Assembly: GCA_001399795.1 (NCBI GenBank)
Contig: LIHK01000010.1
Location: forward strand, 1 to 53,996
Direction: 5' to 3'
DNA: 53,996 nucleotides
Source: Candidatus Bathyarchaeota archaeon BA2
GTDB lineage: Archaea; Thermoproteota; Bathyarchaeia; Bathyarchaeales; Bathyarchaeaceae
Within the stretch, counting starts at the first letter, position 1; every line of letters starts with the position of its first letter. The notes beneath the pieces are model-generated. The model was not told the origin of the DNA and did not search any database. It saw only the letters and a program-made list of their open reading frames with translations. The position numbers and the translations under genes are program-made. Of the stretch, positions 37,730-48,791 are shown one piece after another.

Positions 37730-37839
37730 TGGTCGGGCGGGCCGGATTCGAACCGGCGAACCCGTACGGGAGAGGATAGCTCATGGGAGTCCAACCGATC
37801 TTGAGTCCTCCGTGTTTGACCTAGCTTCGCTACCGCCGC
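37730..37839 (-). tRNA. tRNA-Leu(CAA) with 22-nt intron (37778-37799), probably a pseudo-tRNA
   Basis: Full length, BHB helix CTCA/TGAG; acceptor 1-72 and 2-71 mismatched (CCGCCCG-ACCA) and one D-stem mismatch. Confidence 0.8.
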
Positions 37840-37951
37840 CCAATTAGCAAATTTTCTTCTCGCTTCTATTAATTCTTTCCAGTTTTCATAATGCCCAAGT
37901 AGTCAAGGCGGTGGAGGTGGCTTCTCTTCTTAAACGGAGGATTATCAAAGA

Positions 37952-38475
37952 ATGAAAACAATAACTCCTCTGGCACAGCAAGAATATGAGAGAATGTGTG
38001 AAACACTGGGCGGAAAGCCGGTACACTCAACTCTTGCATTTCATTGAGCCAGACTCATAGAACTACTATACGTGGCCGAAAGGGCCGTAGAATTGAGCAT
38101 AGACGAGAGATAACAAGTAAAGACATTAGGAATGAGGTAGGTAGCCTCGGAGAGGGAGTTGGAATAGTCGAAGCGGCCAGGGGCACCCTGATACATCATT
38201 ATCAACTTGACGAAGACGCCCTAATAAAAAAAGTCAATTTAATAGTGGCTACGACAAACAACGCTTCAGCCATATGCATGTCCATAAGAGACGCAGCTAA
38301 AGGTCTCATACACGGCGGAGAAGTGAGTGAGGAAATATTGAACATGGTGGAGATGGCCTTCAGAGCCTACGACCCATGCTGGGCATGCGCCACCCACTTC
38401 GCAATAGGTCAAATGCCCTTTGAACTCAAAATATACAGCCACAACAAAAAGCTCCTAAAAACCCTGAAAAGGTAA
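37952..38475 (+). pseudogene. mvhA: 3' third of a group-3 [NiFe]-hydrogenase large subunit
   Basis: TPLAQQEYERM...GGKPVHSTLAFH*ARLIELLY, frameshift, then VEAARGTLIHHY...RAYDPCWACATH. Confidence 0.85.
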
Positions 38476-38815
38476 CTTTCACAATTCTGATGTTGCTTTA
38501 GGCAAGAAAATCCGCAGCAAAGCAAAAGCCCTTTAAAGTAGCTCGGCAACTCGTAAAAACTTTCATAGGGAGAGCGAAAAATTTTACGTCAAGGATGCTG
38601 AAACGGACGGCAGAATACTTCTACGCAGAAAAGACGAAACAGATACATAACTAAGCAGAAGAGGCTTGATAAATCACCAAATATATGTAACCAGTGAGGG
38701 TGGGCGTTGGATAATGGATTCAGGTGTTAAAAATTGAACTCCCACTTAGGGACAAAGTTCGACAGCAACAGAAATAAGTTAGCTTGCAAGAAATTGAGGT
38801 GCAAAGTGAAGAGTA

Positions 38816-40012
38816 ATGTTAAAGTGTATAAGAATCAAAAATCTAAGATCTATCAAGGAACAAGAAATAGAGGTCGCTCCAGTAACTGTCCTTTACGGTC
38901 CTAACGCCTCTGGAAAATCAACACTTTTGCACGCACTTGCAATTCTAAGAAACGTTATGATGAATCCTAATCAACCTCTTGACAGTTTTTTCAACCTTCT
39001 CTTCGCTAACTTCGGAGGATTTGAACAAGTTGTGTTTAACCATATACCTGACGAACAAATAGAATTAGAAATAGATTCTATACAGGATTCCGCAATTATA
39101 ACATACAAGGTCGTCCTTAGTAAGACGAAGGGAGGTTTTTCGATCCGCGTGAGCGATCCATTTAAGGCCGCATCTAAAATTGAAACAACTTTTCCATACC
39201 AAGCGAACATCCAGCAGAATATTACAGTTAAGTATGACGAGATCCCCTTGACGGTAACTTGGAACGGCATTCTTGCCCAGCCTTTAGGCACACCTGAAGC
39301 CCCAGAGGCTGCGGAGAGGTTGGCTACTTTACTCAATAGTCCCATTGAAGAGCTTCGAAAAACTGATTTTGTTCATATAAAACGAGGTTTTTCTCATCCT
39401 CACTATGGAACTGTATCACTCACCTCTGCACTTTTCACAGAAGGCGAAGTGGCGACGCTTTTAGCTAGTGATCCTTACTTAGAAGGTAAGGTCAGTCACT
39501 ACCTTGAGCAAATTCTTGGAAGAGATTTACGAGTGCGAGTAACGCCTGCAACAGCTCTTTTCTGGCTCAGAACTACAGACAAAATGACTGGATTGTCCAC
39601 CGAGCTTGTCAATGATGGATTTGGGGTTAATCAGCTTGTCTACCTGCTTGCGAAGTGTCTAAGAAAGGATACCTCTCTAATATGCATAGAAGAACCGGAG
39701 ATTCATTTGCATCCGAAAGCTCTAAGAAATCTTGTCTATGAATTGGTGAAACTGGTTAAGGAAGAATGCAAAACTTTGATCATCTCTTCTCACAGCGATC
39801 ACTTTGTTGTATATCTGCTTAGTGCTGTTGCAAAAAAGCAGATAAGCCCCGATGAAGTAGCTTGTTATCTATGCACCAAAACTAAAGAAGGAACCACGTT
39901 TGAGCGCCAGCGAGTGCAACCTGACGGTCGAATGGAGGGCGGATTGTCAAGTTTTATGGAAGGCGAATTAGAAGACCTTAAGACTATTCTAAGTCTTTCC
40001 AAAGAGGAATAA
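38816..40012 (+). CDS. ABC-class ATPase (AAA_15/AAA_21-like, DUF3696-like tail)
   Basis: GPNASGKS, DGFGVNQL signature, IEEPEIHLHP, SSHS. Confidence 0.88.
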   Translation: MLKCIRIKNLRSIKEQEIEVAPVTVLYGPNASGKSTLLHALAILRNVMMNPNQPLDSFFNLLFANFGGFEQVVFNHIPDEQIELEIDSIQDSAIITYKVVLSKTKGGFSIRVSDPFKAASKIETTFPYQANIQQNITVKYDEIPLTVTWNGILAQPLGTPEAPEAAERLATLLNSPIEELRKTDFVHIKRGFSHPHYGTVSLTSALFTEGEVATLLASDPYLEGKVSHYLEQILGRDLRVRVTPATALFWLRTTDKMTGLSTELVNDGFGVNQLVYLLAKCLRKDTSLICIEEPEIHLHPKALRNLVYELVKLVKEECKTLIISSHSDHFVVYLLSAVAKKQISPDEVACYLCTKTKEGTTFERQRVQPDGRMEGGLSSFMEGELEDLKTILSLSKEE

Positions 40013-40019
40013 ACTCGAA

Positions 40020-40472
40020 ATGGAAAGGGAAATTACCGTTGATGAATGGATAGTCCACTTTATATCTGAGCCTCAGAAACGTGAAGTGGCGGTCAAGTTT
40101 TTGGAAAAAGTTCATCAGAAATGTGACAAATTGGTCACTCTGAGAGGAGGACCCTTAGATCAAAAAATATGGAAAATGGCTAAGAGTTCACAAGATTGGG
40201 ATATTGGGGGAAAAAGACTTGTAAAGTGGTTCATGAGAGAATTTAGACTCAGCAGTAAATTTCGCGCTCTTGAAGAATTAGACATGGAACCGTTACCCGG
40301 GGATTTGGAACGAGAGACCCCAGAAGATGACTTATATCTTGTCAAAACTGCAATAAGCACGTTAGACCGCCTTATTGTTACCACAGACGGAGGGCTGAAG
40401 GAAAGGCTATCAAGCAGATCAGAATTGACTGTATGCTTTTTTGATGAATTTTTTAAAGTATATAATTGTTAG
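40020..40472 (+). CDS. PIN-fold-like protein, co-transcribed with the ATPase
   Basis: ITVDEWI, PEDDLYLV, LIVTTDGGL acidic motifs. Confidence 0.65.
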   Translation: MEREITVDEWIVHFISEPQKREVAVKFLEKVHQKCDKLVTLRGGPLDQKIWKMAKSSQDWDIGGKRLVKWFMREFRLSSKFRALEELDMEPLPGDLERETPEDDLYLVKTAISTLDRLIVTTDGGLKERLSSRSELTVCFFDEFFKVYNC

Positions 40473-40886
40473 GAAGCTATTGTTTCGTTATTATCTGCAT
40501 AATTTGTGTTCTGCGTCATAACGCATAACGGATTTTCTGACAAATTTCTTTTTCAATCCCAATTTTCTTTATTTTTAATGAAGAACACAATTTTTACCTG
40601 TAAAATAATTTTTGATGAACTAACTTTGCTAGTAAGACTAGAAGGATTTGCGGGAAAAGGACCTCGAATATAAGTTTTTGACTCTCCAAAGTGGAGAGTT
40701 TTTTATATATTAAATTCTTCTGTTATTAGGCTCCAAATAGACGCATGGAAAGGTACGAATTTTATGGAGGGTTTTGAAGTGTTGTTGGATTTGAAGGCGG
40801 GGAAGGTTAAGCTTAAGAGGTATCCACCCGAAGTCAGGTTAATTTAATTCTCCCACAATGAACATGCTGCGCGTGTTATACGGAAA

Positions 40887-41246
40887 TCACGTCTTGACAA
40901 GTTTCTTAAGTTTTTGAGCTAGTTGTTTTACGGCTTCCGCGTCTCTTTTCACAGCACCTAAAGGCATCCATGCTTCGTAGAAGTTTTGGTGAAGGGCGTT
41001 TGCTATGGAAAACAATTTAACTATTTCAGAGTCCTTAAGTTCCTCGGCTAGTTTGTCCACGAACTCCCAAAGTTCCCCATGGCTTTTTAGCTCAACGTTT
41101 CGACTGGCGGCGACTGCCTTCACCATTTCTGCTGTTGCCCCCCAAAGCTTTTCGGAGGCCTGAATGTGGTCTCCTTTGGCTAGGAGGGTCTCAGCCTCTT
41201 GTAGGTACTTCTGATTTAGGTCTAAGTAGTGCCCAGTCCTCTCCAT
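40887..41246 (-). CDS. PaREP1-family (HEPN-like) protein
   Basis: QASEKLWGA...ANALHQNFYE. Confidence 0.88.
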   Translation of the reverse strand: MERTGHYLDLNQKYLQEAETLLAKGDHIQASEKLWGATAEMVKAVAASRNVELKSHGELWEFVDKLAEELKDSEIVKLFSIANALHQNFYEAWMPLGAVKRDAEAVKQLAQKLKKLVKT

Positions 41247-41921
41247 ACTGCTTCCTCATCTTTTCAAGGCTTTAGCCACTACTTAAGACTTATGCGTGGC
41301 TTCAGAGAAGGAAACTCTAAGAAAAAGGTTAAGTAGCTATAACCATTCTAGCGCAAGCAGATTTTATTAGTGGATAGGAAACTTCAAACCTAACCTTAGA
41401 CGCGGTGAGAATAAAAATAACCCTAAACAGCGACAGCGCAATAAGACAGCGCAATAACATTTATGACAAAGCTCCTTCCAAGACCGCTACGAGTAAAACC
41501 GAAAACCAGTTTTCTATGGAAACCCGTTTTGTACATGTCTAAACAGTCGGGTAGTGGCTCTGTTAGATAGACCGCCTATATAGCCCCCTCTATATTATAC
41601 TTTCAACATTCTTTCCAGGCTTTGCGGCTTCTATCCCCATTCCAGCGCAATAGATTTCTGAGAAAACCTGTTTTCAACATTTCACCTTATTAGAACCGTA
41701 TAGGATACATAAAAAGGATGGAAAAATCATAACGAGGTGGCGTGAAGAACTTAGGATCCTAGTTATTTCTTCCAACAGGTTTAAAATCAAAAATGGTTTG
41801 ATATTTGATCCTGATACTCCAAAAATAAGCCCCAAATTAATGCAATTATCTACCACTGTGTCCCATTGCTAGAGCACACTGATGTTGCGATTATCGAAAA
41901 GGGACAGGTTAAAGGAATAAG

Positions 41922-41964
41922 CCCCAATTCCAGCCGGCTTCGGCGTAAGAAACTCCTTATAAAT
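41922..41964 (+). repeat. Orphan copy of the 16S rRNA 5' leader/processing strand
   Basis: CCCCAATTCCAGCCGGCTT identical to reverse complement of 46131-46149; similarity continues (AAACTCC, TAAAT). Confidence 0.7.
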
Positions 41965-42288
41965 ATGAATTCGATCTATCTCCAAATTAATAAATTGGTT
42001 AAGAAATCTAAGTTAACTTGTTCTTCATCCTTTTGTGAACTACACAACCAGAACCAACATTAGCACACATGGCAAAAACTTCGATGAAATACGCATCTTA
42101 CATAGAAAGCAAGATGGTGTTAGCGATCAACCGAACGACCTTAACAAACCGGCCCATGACATTCAACAACATACACAAAAACCCATAAACAAACGAGTTA
42201 AAATAGCAAACCTAAAACAAAACCAACACAATAGAGAGGGGGCTATAGAGGGGGCTAGAAAGAGAAAGAGAGGACCAGCCGAACTAAT

Positions 42289-42981
42289 CTAACGAATGGT
42301 GGTCCCAACCTTTTCGCCCTTAACAGCCAACAAAACGTTTTCAGGCTTGAAGCCGTTCACCACAACAATTCTCATTCTTCTCTTTTCAAGAATTTTAACG
42401 GCTTCAGGATCAAGAATTTGATGAATCCCCGCCTTGTGTTTGTTTTCCTCAAACAGCCACGACAAATCATCGAAACCAAGCTCATCAATCTTTTTTGCAT
42501 CCAAATGCTTCTTGGGGTCTTTTGTGAATACGCCGTCTACGTCTGAAGCTTTCACCAACAAATCAGCCTCTATCTTCTCACCCATCATAGCCGCCACAGC
42601 GTCTGTGGTCATGCCGGGCTTCAAACCACCCATAACAACGATTTTTCCCCGCTTCAGACAGCCAAAAGCCTCATCCAAAGAAACTGGCACGGCTCCACAA
42701 CCATCTTCACCCAAACGCATAACAAACAACTGGGCGAAAAGACGCGAAACATGAATTGCAGCCCAGTCTCGTTTCGCCTCGTCCAAACCCAACTCGCCGG
42801 CGATTTTGATGAAGTCACGGGCTAGAGCGCCGCCTCCAACAACTGCAGCAACCTCGTGCCCCTGCCTCTTCAAATCCTTCAACAAATCAGCGTACCTACT
42901 AATCAAAGTAGAGTTGGGAGGAGAGACTATAACGGAACCTCCGACACGAACCACGATCTTCAACTGAAACGCTCCTACCAC
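42289..42981 (-). CDS. pyrH: UMP kinase
   Basis: VGGSVI, VVGGGALAR, GGLKPGMTTDAVA, DVDGVFTKDP. Confidence 0.95.
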   Translation of the reverse strand: MVGAFQLKIVVRVGGSVIVSPPNSTLISRYADLLKDLKRQGHEVAAVVGGGALARDFIKIAGELGLDEAKRDWAAIHVSRLFAQLFVMRLGEDGCGAVPVSLDEAFGCLKRGKIVVMGGLKPGMTTDAVAAMMGEKIEADLLVKASDVDGVFTKDPKKHLDAKKIDELGFDDLSWLFEENKHKAGIHQILDPEAVKILEKRRMRIVVVNGFKPENVLLAVKGEKVGTTIR

Positions 42982-43110
42982 CTAATGTTACGACACTCGT
43001 AATAAAACTCTCTCCATGTCTTCGCCAAACTCGAATGTTTATAACGATTCTCTACAATATTTAAAATGCAAATGCGCGAATCTTCAAAAGGCTATTCCGG
43101 TGAAAGAACA

Positions 43111-43962
43111 ATGGCTGAAGTTGAACTAGTTTTTCTAGGAACAGGAGGAGGAAGGTTCGCCACCATAACCCAAAAACGGAGAACAGGCGGAATCCGCTTT
43201 CTATCCAAAGACTTAAACATGCATTTAGACCCAGGTCCAGGCGCCCTAATATACTCCCTAAACATGAGGTTAGACCCACAGAAAATTACGGCAGTGCTTG
43301 TTTCCCACGGTCATCCGGACCACTACACCAACGCAGAGGTTTTAATCGAAGCCATGACCAAAGGAATGCTAAAGAAAAGGGGTATCCTAGCCGCGCCTCA
43401 CAGCGTGTTGCTTGGCAATAACGAATGCGGGCCTTCGATTTCCAAGTATCATCAGCAGATGCCTGAAAAAGTGATAGAGATAAAGCCAGGTGTAGTCTTC
43501 CACATAGGCGACACAAAGGTCATCGCTACGGAGGCTAGACACACAGATCCGGACACCGTTGGGTTTCGGTTTGAAACTCCAGACGTTGGAGACATAGGCT
43601 ACACATCAGACACAGAATTCTTTGAAGGCATCGGAAAAGCCTACGAGGGCGTTAGACTCCTCTTACTCTGCGTCATGAGGCCTTCTGGAAACCCATGGAA
43701 GGGACACATGACCCCAGACGATGCCATAAAAATAGTGGAAGAAGCCCGTCCGGAAATGGCTGTAGCCACCCATTTTGGCATGAGAATGATCTTTAGTGGT
43801 CCCTACCGCGAAACTAAGCTCATTGAGAAGAAAACTGGGGTTCCAACCTTGGCAGCTTCTGATGGGATGCGCATACGTGTGGGCGAGGAGATTCGGGTGA
43901 TGAGGGCGGATAGGAAGCAACGAGTGTTGGAAGATTTCTTGAGAAGCAGTAGAAAGAAGTAG
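43111..43962 (+). CDS. MBL-fold metallo-hydrolase
   Basis: FLGTGGGR, DPGPG, SHGHPDH, TSDT, THF; ATG at 43111 preferred. Confidence 0.88.
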   Translation: MAEVELVFLGTGGGRFATITQKRRTGGIRFLSKDLNMHLDPGPGALIYSLNMRLDPQKITAVLVSHGHPDHYTNAEVLIEAMTKGMLKKRGILAAPHSVLLGNNECGPSISKYHQQMPEKVIEIKPGVVFHIGDTKVIATEARHTDPDTVGFRFETPDVGDIGYTSDTEFFEGIGKAYEGVRLLLLCVMRPSGNPWKGHMTPDDAIKIVEEARPEMAVATHFGMRMIFSGPYRETKLIEKKTGVPTLAASDGMRIRVGEEIRVMRADRKQRVLEDFLRSSRKK

Positions 43963-44390
43963 TTATTGTGTAGGTTTAAAGAAATAATAAGGGCAAAGAT
44001 AGCCTAGGTGGGAATAACCACGCATATTTGGAGCCTAATAACAGAAGAATATTTGAAAACAATATTTTCTCGGAAAAACCCTTTGCGCTAAAATGGAAAC
44101 AGATCTCCGCGGTGAGTTGAAGCTGCAACGCGGCAAAAGAATGTTGATAGTATATACCCTCCCCCTCTCCAAAGGAGATTTCAAACGTGAAACTCAAGAA
44201 ATCGAAAACAATAACCCGTATCCTCTAACTGCAAAATTTTAAGTATTCTCATGTTAATCTTTAGGGTTCTGGAGGAATAAAATTATATTCAACTTTTTTC
44301 AAAAAATAGTTGACAAAGTAAAACTTGTATGGAATCGTCTTCCATAGTCGGAAAAACTTTTAGAAGCGACAGCTAGTAGGGTTGTGGCTT

Positions 44391-44413
44391 GTGCGCTTTT
44401 CCCCTCCAGCCGG
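44391..44413 (-). other. 3' strand of the 16S pre-rRNA processing stem
   Basis: CCGGCTGGA-GGGG-AAA-AGCG pairs with leader CGCT-AAT-CCCC-AAT-TCCAGCCGG (46134-46156), a bulge-helix-loop arrangement. Confidence 0.7.
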
Positions 44414-44429
44414 TCTGCGCTGCTTACTT

Positions 44430-46107
<1,678 letters not shown>

Positions 46108-46494
46108 TAAGTTTGGAGTTTTTAGCCGCAAAGCCGGCTGGAATTGGGGATTAGCGCCAAGCCCATCTTGGACCTAAAAGCGTTCAGGTCCTCATCTCTG
46201 TTGCCGTAACCGGAGGTCGAACCCATCATCCAGGGGCGTTAGACGCCTTAAACGTCGGGGTTGAAGCCGCCGAAGGTTACGGCTTGCGCAATTCATATCG
46301 CCAAAATGGTACTTGAGGCGATCTTGCAAATATAAATATTACTCCTGAACCTAATAAGCTTTCTGAAGGGGAACAAACTGATGTTATTTTCCTAAGATTT
46401 TCGAGGCAGGAATGTTTACGCTTGATATGGATTTGTAGGTCGTAAAGTATAACGGGAGCAGACTTTGGTAAATTAATGGTGCAGGTGAGGAAAG

Positions 46495-46698
46495 TTGAAC
46501 GAAGTTCTTCTATTGGCATGCAAGGAGCTAATTGACGATGCCAAACTCGGATGCGCTGATCTAGTTTTCAAAGACATATGTTTGGAAATTCTAGCGAAGG
46601 CAAGGCAGATCCTGACTGAAGAACAATTCAGGGAACTTTCTTCTTATACTGCTGAAAGAATTAAAGAGAAACTGATCCGCAATCCGAGAGCCAAATGA
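46495..46698 (+). CDS. Small conserved-looking hypothetical protein
   Basis: GAGG-like RBS, helical 67-aa ORF. Confidence 0.65.
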   Translation: MNEVLLLACKELIDDAKLGCADLVFKDICLEILAKARQILTEEQFRELSSYTAERIKEKLIRNPRAK

Positions 46699-46751
46699 GA
46701 ACTGAATAAAGACTCTGTTTTAACCTCTCAGAAACTCTCACCTTCAACTGG

Positions 46752-48107
46752 CTAGGTCATAAACCTTTCTACGAGTCGACAGAGAACGCTTGTCCCGAAG
46801 ACAAGATTCTCCACCGAAATGCGCTCATCGACGCCGTGGATCATTTTCAGCAGTTCATCCATAGGCATATCGGTTTTCAAAGGCTGGAATCCGTAGCATA
46901 CAGAGCCCAGGCGCCTAAGGTATCGAGAATCCGTTCCTCCAGTCATCATGAAAGGAACCACGGAGCAACCGGGCAAAAACTCCTTCAATGTTTCTTCCAC
47001 CTGCCGATAAAGAGCTGTGTCAAAGGGCGATTCCGAAGGTTCACTTGCCTTAATAATTTCGAACTCCAAATTTTCGATGTCCTTCAAAACTTCTTTCACC
47101 TCGTTTAGCAAGGTTTCCTTCGTTTGTCCAGGCAAGATGCGACAGTCAAAGACGCCTTCGCATCCGGAAGGTATGATGTTTTCTTTAATGCCTCCGTGAA
47201 CCATGGTCGGCGCGATCGTCGTTCTCATCGAAGCTCGCAAATACTCAGCTATGCCTTTCTCCTTCTTAGCCATTTGATCTAGTACAAGGTCAGCGGAAAA
47301 AGGTTTAGTCATCAAACTTGATAGGAGACGAGCAATCGTGCCTCTCTCTTTGGAAAGTTCTTTAATCATATGTTTAACCGTTGGCGCAACTTTAATCTTG
47401 GATCGGTGAGTCCCAAGGCGTCTCGCAACCTCGGCCATGCGCAGAACAGCGTTGTCGGCTAATCCGGGACAGGAGCCATGGCCTGGACGACCATGAGCCT
47501 TGATTTTCATCCATACAATGCCCTTTTCAGCTGTTTGAACTGTGAAGATGTGTTTGCCGTTTATGTGTATGGAAGGTAGCGTGTTACCCTCATTTATCAC
47601 GTAATCGGCTCTAATCTTTTCTGGATGGGTTTCAACGAGCCATCCCACGCCTACTTCTCCCCCCATCTCCTCATCGGCGGTTGCCGCAAAAATCACGTCA
47701 CCCTTAAGCTTGACTTCTTTCCTCGCTAGAAGCTTCATAACTATGGTTTCGATGGCTACTAGAGACTTGCAGTCTAAGGCTCCTCTGCCCCAAACGTAGC
47801 CCTCTTTCACTAAGCCCGAAAAGGGATCGACACTCCACTCCTTTGGTGTAGCTGGTACAACGTCTAGATGAGACAAGAGGAGAAGGTTAGGCTTTTTGCC
47901 ATCGCCTTTAATTCGTGCGATAATGTTGCCCCTGCCTTTACTTGACTTCAATAATTCGCACTCTAGGCCCTCTTCTTCTAAGGTTTTAGCCAGGAATTTC
48001 GCCGCTGGAGTTTCGTTTCCAGGAGGGTTCGTGGTGTTGATTCTGATTAAGTCGCTGAGGAGAGTAGTTACTTCATCTTCAACTTCATGAAACAACTTCG
48101 TGCACAA
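46752..48107 (-). CDS. M20-family peptidase/deacylase
   Basis: SHLDVVP, GRGALDCK, ADEEMGG, INEG, GGTDSR, HGVDER. Confidence 0.92.
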   Translation of the reverse strand: MCTKLFHEVEDEVTTLLSDLIRINTTNPPGNETPAAKFLAKTLEEEGLECELLKSSKGRGNIIARIKGDGKKPNLLLLSHLDVVPATPKEWSVDPFSGLVKEGYVWGRGALDCKSLVAIETIVMKLLARKEVKLKGDVIFAATADEEMGGEVGVGWLVETHPEKIRADYVINEGNTLPSIHINGKHIFTVQTAEKGIVWMKIKAHGRPGHGSCPGLADNAVLRMAEVARRLGTHRSKIKVAPTVKHMIKELSKERGTIARLLSSLMTKPFSADLVLDQMAKKEKGIAEYLRASMRTTIAPTMVHGGIKENIIPSGCEGVFDCRILPGQTKETLLNEVKEVLKDIENLEFEIIKASEPSESPFDTALYRQVEETLKEFLPGCSVVPFMMTGGTDSRYLRRLGSVCYGFQPLKTDMPMDELLKMIHGVDERISVENLVFGTSVLCRLVERFMT

Positions 48108-48190
48108 AAGGTTAGCCTCCGCTTCTCAGATGTACTGGAGAGTAATGAACTTAAAAGTTAGGCTGAAGATGTTGAAGGTTTTCTGCGGTT

Positions 48191-48528
48191 TCAGCATGTT
48201 AGGTGGAGGGCTGCTACGACTTTTTTGGACTTGACAAGGCGGTTGAAGGTTTTGCAGGCTTCTGTGGTTCTTTGGGCTATCAGCTTGATTCCTTTTGACT
48301 CAATGTATTCTTTGGTTTCGGCTGGAACTTTCATGAGTCCCGAGTAGCCGGTGCAACTATTAGCACCTTTGGGTTGTCTTGAACAGCCTCATCTAAGTCT
48401 TTAATGTGTAGGCTGTGGCCTTCCTTCCTCCACCAACCGTCCTTAACTCGGTCAGGAAAGACTATTAGGTCGGTGGTGTACTGCCTTCCGTTGATGACTA
48501 TTCTGCCGAAATCGTAAGAATCAATCAT
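48191..48528 (-). pseudogene. Mth938-like (DUF498) protein with a 1-nt frameshift near 48354
   Basis: Restoring one G gives ...VLIVGTGYSGLMKVP...ACKTFNRL...AALHLTC*. Confidence 0.8.
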
Positions 48529-48599
48529 TTCAGGGTGCTCCGTAACAGTTTATGCGATTAATTTATTTTTGAATTTTATGTTTAAGATTCAAGCAGGCG

Positions 48600-48779
48600 A
48601 TGGATACCAATTTATTTCTGTGCAGCAATTGTCTCATTGAGGATTATGGGTTGGCTAGACGGGTTAGGAAGCCTAGACCCTTCAACAGTGCTGAGTGTAG
48701 AGCTTGCCAACTGAAGGGAAGCGCATATTGCTGGAGGCAGTGCCCCTACAACGCCTGGCGCCAAAGGCAAATTGAATGA
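48600..48779 (+). CDS. 59-aa Cys-rich microprotein (below ORF-track cutoff)
   Basis: MDTNLFLCSNC...ECRACQLKGSAYCWRQCPYNAWRQRQIE*, ends 12 nt before the next gene. Confidence 0.6.
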   Translation: MDTNLFLCSNCLIEDYGLARRVRKPRPFNSAECRACQLKGSAYCWRQCPYNAWRQRQIE

Positions 48780-48791
48780 GAGCGCAGAAAC

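Noticed and set aside
38045-38047. TGA in the hydrogenase fragment as selenocysteine
   Set aside because: It falls at a conserved Trp (HWARL), not a Cys ligand, and a frameshift follows.
40681-40699. Hairpin ACTCTCCA-AAG-TGGAGAGT followed by T run
   Set aside because: Could be a terminator or operator, but it has no clear associated gene and archaeal terminators do not need stems.
41433-41458. 13-bp tandem duplication GACAGCGCAATAA in a possible membrane-protein remnant
   Set aside because: The remnant is too short to assign to a family.
33016-42290. Integrase or transposase driving the tRNA-Leu array
   Set aside because: No ORF or fragment with tyrosine/serine recombinase or DDE motifs was recognised, so the region is not called a provirus or ICE.
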